Source of the DNA: Anthoceros angustus
Taxonomy: Eukaryota > Plantae > Anthocerotophyta
Reading direction: 5' to 3'
Length of the DNA stretch: 64,000 bases
NCBI GenBank assembly: GCA_010909165.1
Contig: VJWM01000196.1
Location: forward strand, 124,001 to 188,000
A program made the translations under genes and the position numbers. Shown here piece after piece: positions 60,986 to 64,000 of the stretch (positions are counted from its first letter, which is position 1; each line of letters opens with the position of its first letter). The notes under the pieces were generated by a model. That model was not told the DNA's origin, did not search any database, and saw only the letters and a list, made by a program, of their open reading frames with translations.

Positions 60986-62264
60986 AGCTTCAACAATCTC
61001 TTCCTAGCTTCCTGCTTCCCCAGAGACAACAAGGAGATGATTTTTAGCGACCACAAGACCATTGGCAAATTCTACACAAATCCATTGGAAATCCGGGGGC
61101 CTGCCGCTGGCAAACGATTTGAAACTGACGAAAGAAATCGGCAATCAGAATAGGTCTGCCTGTCACCAACTACATCGGAAAGGGGAGAGTCACCGTCAGT
61201 GTTCTGAGTATGCCTGAAGTTACTGTCAATAGCCTATCTGGACTCTGGAAGGTGTTCAAAACAAAGTCCGTCAGCACTCAGTCATACACCTTACAGGATG
61301 ACGGACTTGCTTAGACAAGGTAACCGTGCAAAATTCATCTGTGACCCATCCCTTTGTTTCGAAAACATACCCGGGCCAAGTAGACTGCAGCGGACAACGT
61401 CGTAAGCGCACAGAAGAAGATAGCCAGGCCTGCAATCCCGGGAACTCTGTCAATCAAATTGAAAAACTTCCACACACGACAGACCTGAACTACACTAAGC
61501 ACTCCATGTTGGATGCTCAAAACAATCTGAAAGGCACGATGTTCCTGAAGGTCAGCTGTAGGCTAAGAACCGAAACAGCCAACTGTGCAATAACCAGCAA
61601 AAGGTCATCCGATACAAAATTGGAGACATGAGCGCCAGCACAAGGGCACCACCCATCGCTCATCTTTCACAAATTCTGCCATAACTAACCTATCGAACAT
61701 TAAGGAGCTACTTGCCCTGGCCCTGGTGATGCCAATCTCGCCAGAACACCAATCAACAGCCCTGCAAAGACGGAAATAAGAGCACGAATGACATACCACG
61801 AAAAAAGAGAACCGCTAGGCACCAGATCGATGCAGAGCAACGCCGTGTGCATCCAATTCTTGACGGACGCAATAAGGTGACAAGTGGAACCTTCTTCCCA
61901 GCGGAAACCCGGCGCAAATACCCAAGAACGAGGAGGCCAACAAGAGCAGAACCGATCTCTTGGTGATGAGGTGAGCTAGGATAACAATTTCCTCTCCCGC
62001 TTGCCACACCCGCTCTCACGCAAATGGTCAGGGAGCTCGACGGGCTCCAATGGAACACGCGGCAGAGGAATCAACGTACAAGAAAGTTCCAAGAAACAGA
62101 GAACGTGATGGGCAAGGCACTGCACGCCCAGCCTCCCTCGTGTTCAAGCGTAGCACGTCACGCAAGTGAGAGAGAATCCGTCACCCGACTGGACGCCACG
62201 TCCGCGCGAGGTGAAGGAAGTGCAAACAACAGTTCGTTACAACTTGTCATGACATCTGGCGGCA

Positions 62265-63023
62265 ATGGCGGCCCCTGTCGCGACACCTGCGGTGCCTCCA
62301 ACCCCAACACCAGATCCGGCAGCTCCGGTGGCGCCCACACCGGCCCCAGCCTCAGCCTCAGCCTCAGCCTCAGCCCCAGCCCCAGCCCCAGCCCCAGCCC
62401 AAGCCCCAGCCCCAGCCCCAGCCCCAGCCCCAGCGCCGCCACCCAAAGCAGCCCCGGTGGTGCCGCCAGTGGTGCCTCCAGAGGAACAGCTTACAGAAGA
62501 CCAGATCGAGGAGTTCACCGAAGCATTTTGCCTATTTGACAAAGATGGCGATGGTAGATGTTCTTAGAGCTTGCTGCTTGCAAACAGAATTGCCCTCACC
62601 AGGGAGTGGGAATTTCATGTGCATTTCTGGCATCCTTCCCGATTTGCAGGAAAGATTACAACGCTGGAGATGGGAACGGTGATGCGGTCCCTTGGACAGA
62701 ATCCCACCAATGCGGAGCTTGCCGACATAATCGCTGACATAGATCCGGACAGCAACGGCACGGTTGAGTTTCCAGAATTTTTGAGATTGATGGGCAAGAA
62801 AATGAAGGACAAGGATACGGAGGAGGAGCTCAAGGAGGCGTTCCGGGTGTTTGACAAAGAGCAGAATGGCTTCATTGCTGCTGCCGAATTGAGGCATGTT
62901 ATGACCAGCTTGGGCGAAAGGCTCACTGAAGCCGAGGTTGATGACATGATCAAGGAGGCCGAGGTAGACGGAGATGGACTCATCAACTACGAGGACTTTG
63001 TCAAAGTTATGATGGCCAAGTGA
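62265..63023 (+). CDS. Calmodulin-like protein, 220 aa, with a ~72-aa Pro/Ala N-terminal extension; exons 62265-62553 and 62650-63023
   Basis: [23 protein letters not shown]^[19 protein letters not shown]...FVKVMMAK. Four EF-hands, with a phase-1 GT-AG intron at the conserved plant CaM position in EF1. Confidence 0.95.
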
Positions 63024-64000
63024 CGCCTAATTGGTTGGTTGCATATACCTATTGGAATCAAATCTCACTACCTAGTTTAAACAACAAAAAGGAAAGCCAA
63101 ATTGTTCCACGGTTCCACAAAAGCAAGGAAGGCGAGAGTAGCTCTCAAAATTACAGGGTAAATCATTTGTGTACATTCTTCACTTTGTTGCACCTAAAGT
63201 ACGCCCAGTTTGATAATAAATACACATAATTACTTATAATAAATAAAAATTAAAACTTATTTAGTTTTTATTTAATAGAGATTTTTACAACTTAGCTCTT
63301 TGCATCTTCTTCCTACATCGTATGGATTAACTTTCACTTTTTTTATCGATAATCTATCACCATATTTTTAGTTGAGATAAGATAATCTTTTAAAAGACTT
63401 TGATAGTGTTAATAATTCTAAGAAGCTATATTATTAGGCCAAACACCAGCAATCAACCCACCCAAATGAGTTTGACATAGTTATCATTAGAACATAGTTA
63501 CTCAATAGAAAAAAGAGAAGTTGCATGTAATTGCATAAAAACTTTACTTGCATATAAGCTCATTAAGAAAACCCCAATTTCTTACCAACTCTCATATATT
63601 TTAAAGTAGTAATAATAATATTTATCATCAAATTTTATAATTTAATTAATTTAATAACTTTTTAAATACCATTTCAATGAAACTCGTATATGTTTAAACT
63701 CAATTTTTAGCCCCTGCTTTTGTCTGCTCATTGATGGTTTTTTGAATTTATAAAGTTGAATTTTCGCTTTAAAAAAAAAAGAATGGAGGTCCATGCGCAT
63801 GAACAGGGAGGTGCGCATGCATCAGAAAGATCTCCTTTCAGGCTTTGTAGCCACTTGAGCTAGTACTAGCATGAAGTCGCGGATCGAACCTGCTGTCCCA
63901 AACTTGGCCTTGTGTTCCGAACAAATGGGATCCATTTTACCGGCATACTGCAGTAAGCCAGCCGCCCCCATTGACATCTGAGTCAGTGTGCGAGGACGTC

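Overview
Eukaryotic nuclear DNA from a land plant. It is probably a non-seed plant such as a bryophyte; this is an inference from the short introns and GC-rich, hexamer-SSR-laden genes. Three intact host genes are recognisable: a 3-exon subgroup-21-type R2R3-MYB (14013-16892, minus) with an ~11 kb SSR-rich upstream region lacking recognisable TE domains; an intronless STAY-GREEN Mg-dechelatase (60068-60985, minus); and, divergent from it, a calmodulin-like gene with a long Pro/Ala N-terminal extension (62265-63023). The rest is nested, decayed mobile DNA. At the left, a Ty1/copia element with an extra ORF upstream of gag has its LTR abutting a relic beta-class N4C/N6A DNA methyltransferase gene. 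A second relic, a C5 DNA methyltransferase joined to Ty3/gypsy pol sequence, lies about 2 kb further on. The block at 28.6-58.4 kb contains CACTA transposase remnants, a 2.25-kb solo LTR, a 1.6-kb TIR element, two copies of an intron-rich Crypton/DUF3504-type tyrosine recombinase gene, an unknown 9-exon gene almost entirely missed by the ORF track, and a GC-rich multi-hairpin. The best novelty candidates are (i) a possible ~13-kb plant Crypton-like tyrosine-recombinase element with a second gene and a hairpin end, and (ii) two mobile-DNA-associated DNA methyltransferases of different chemical classes. All family calls come from motif recognition by eye; no database searches were run.
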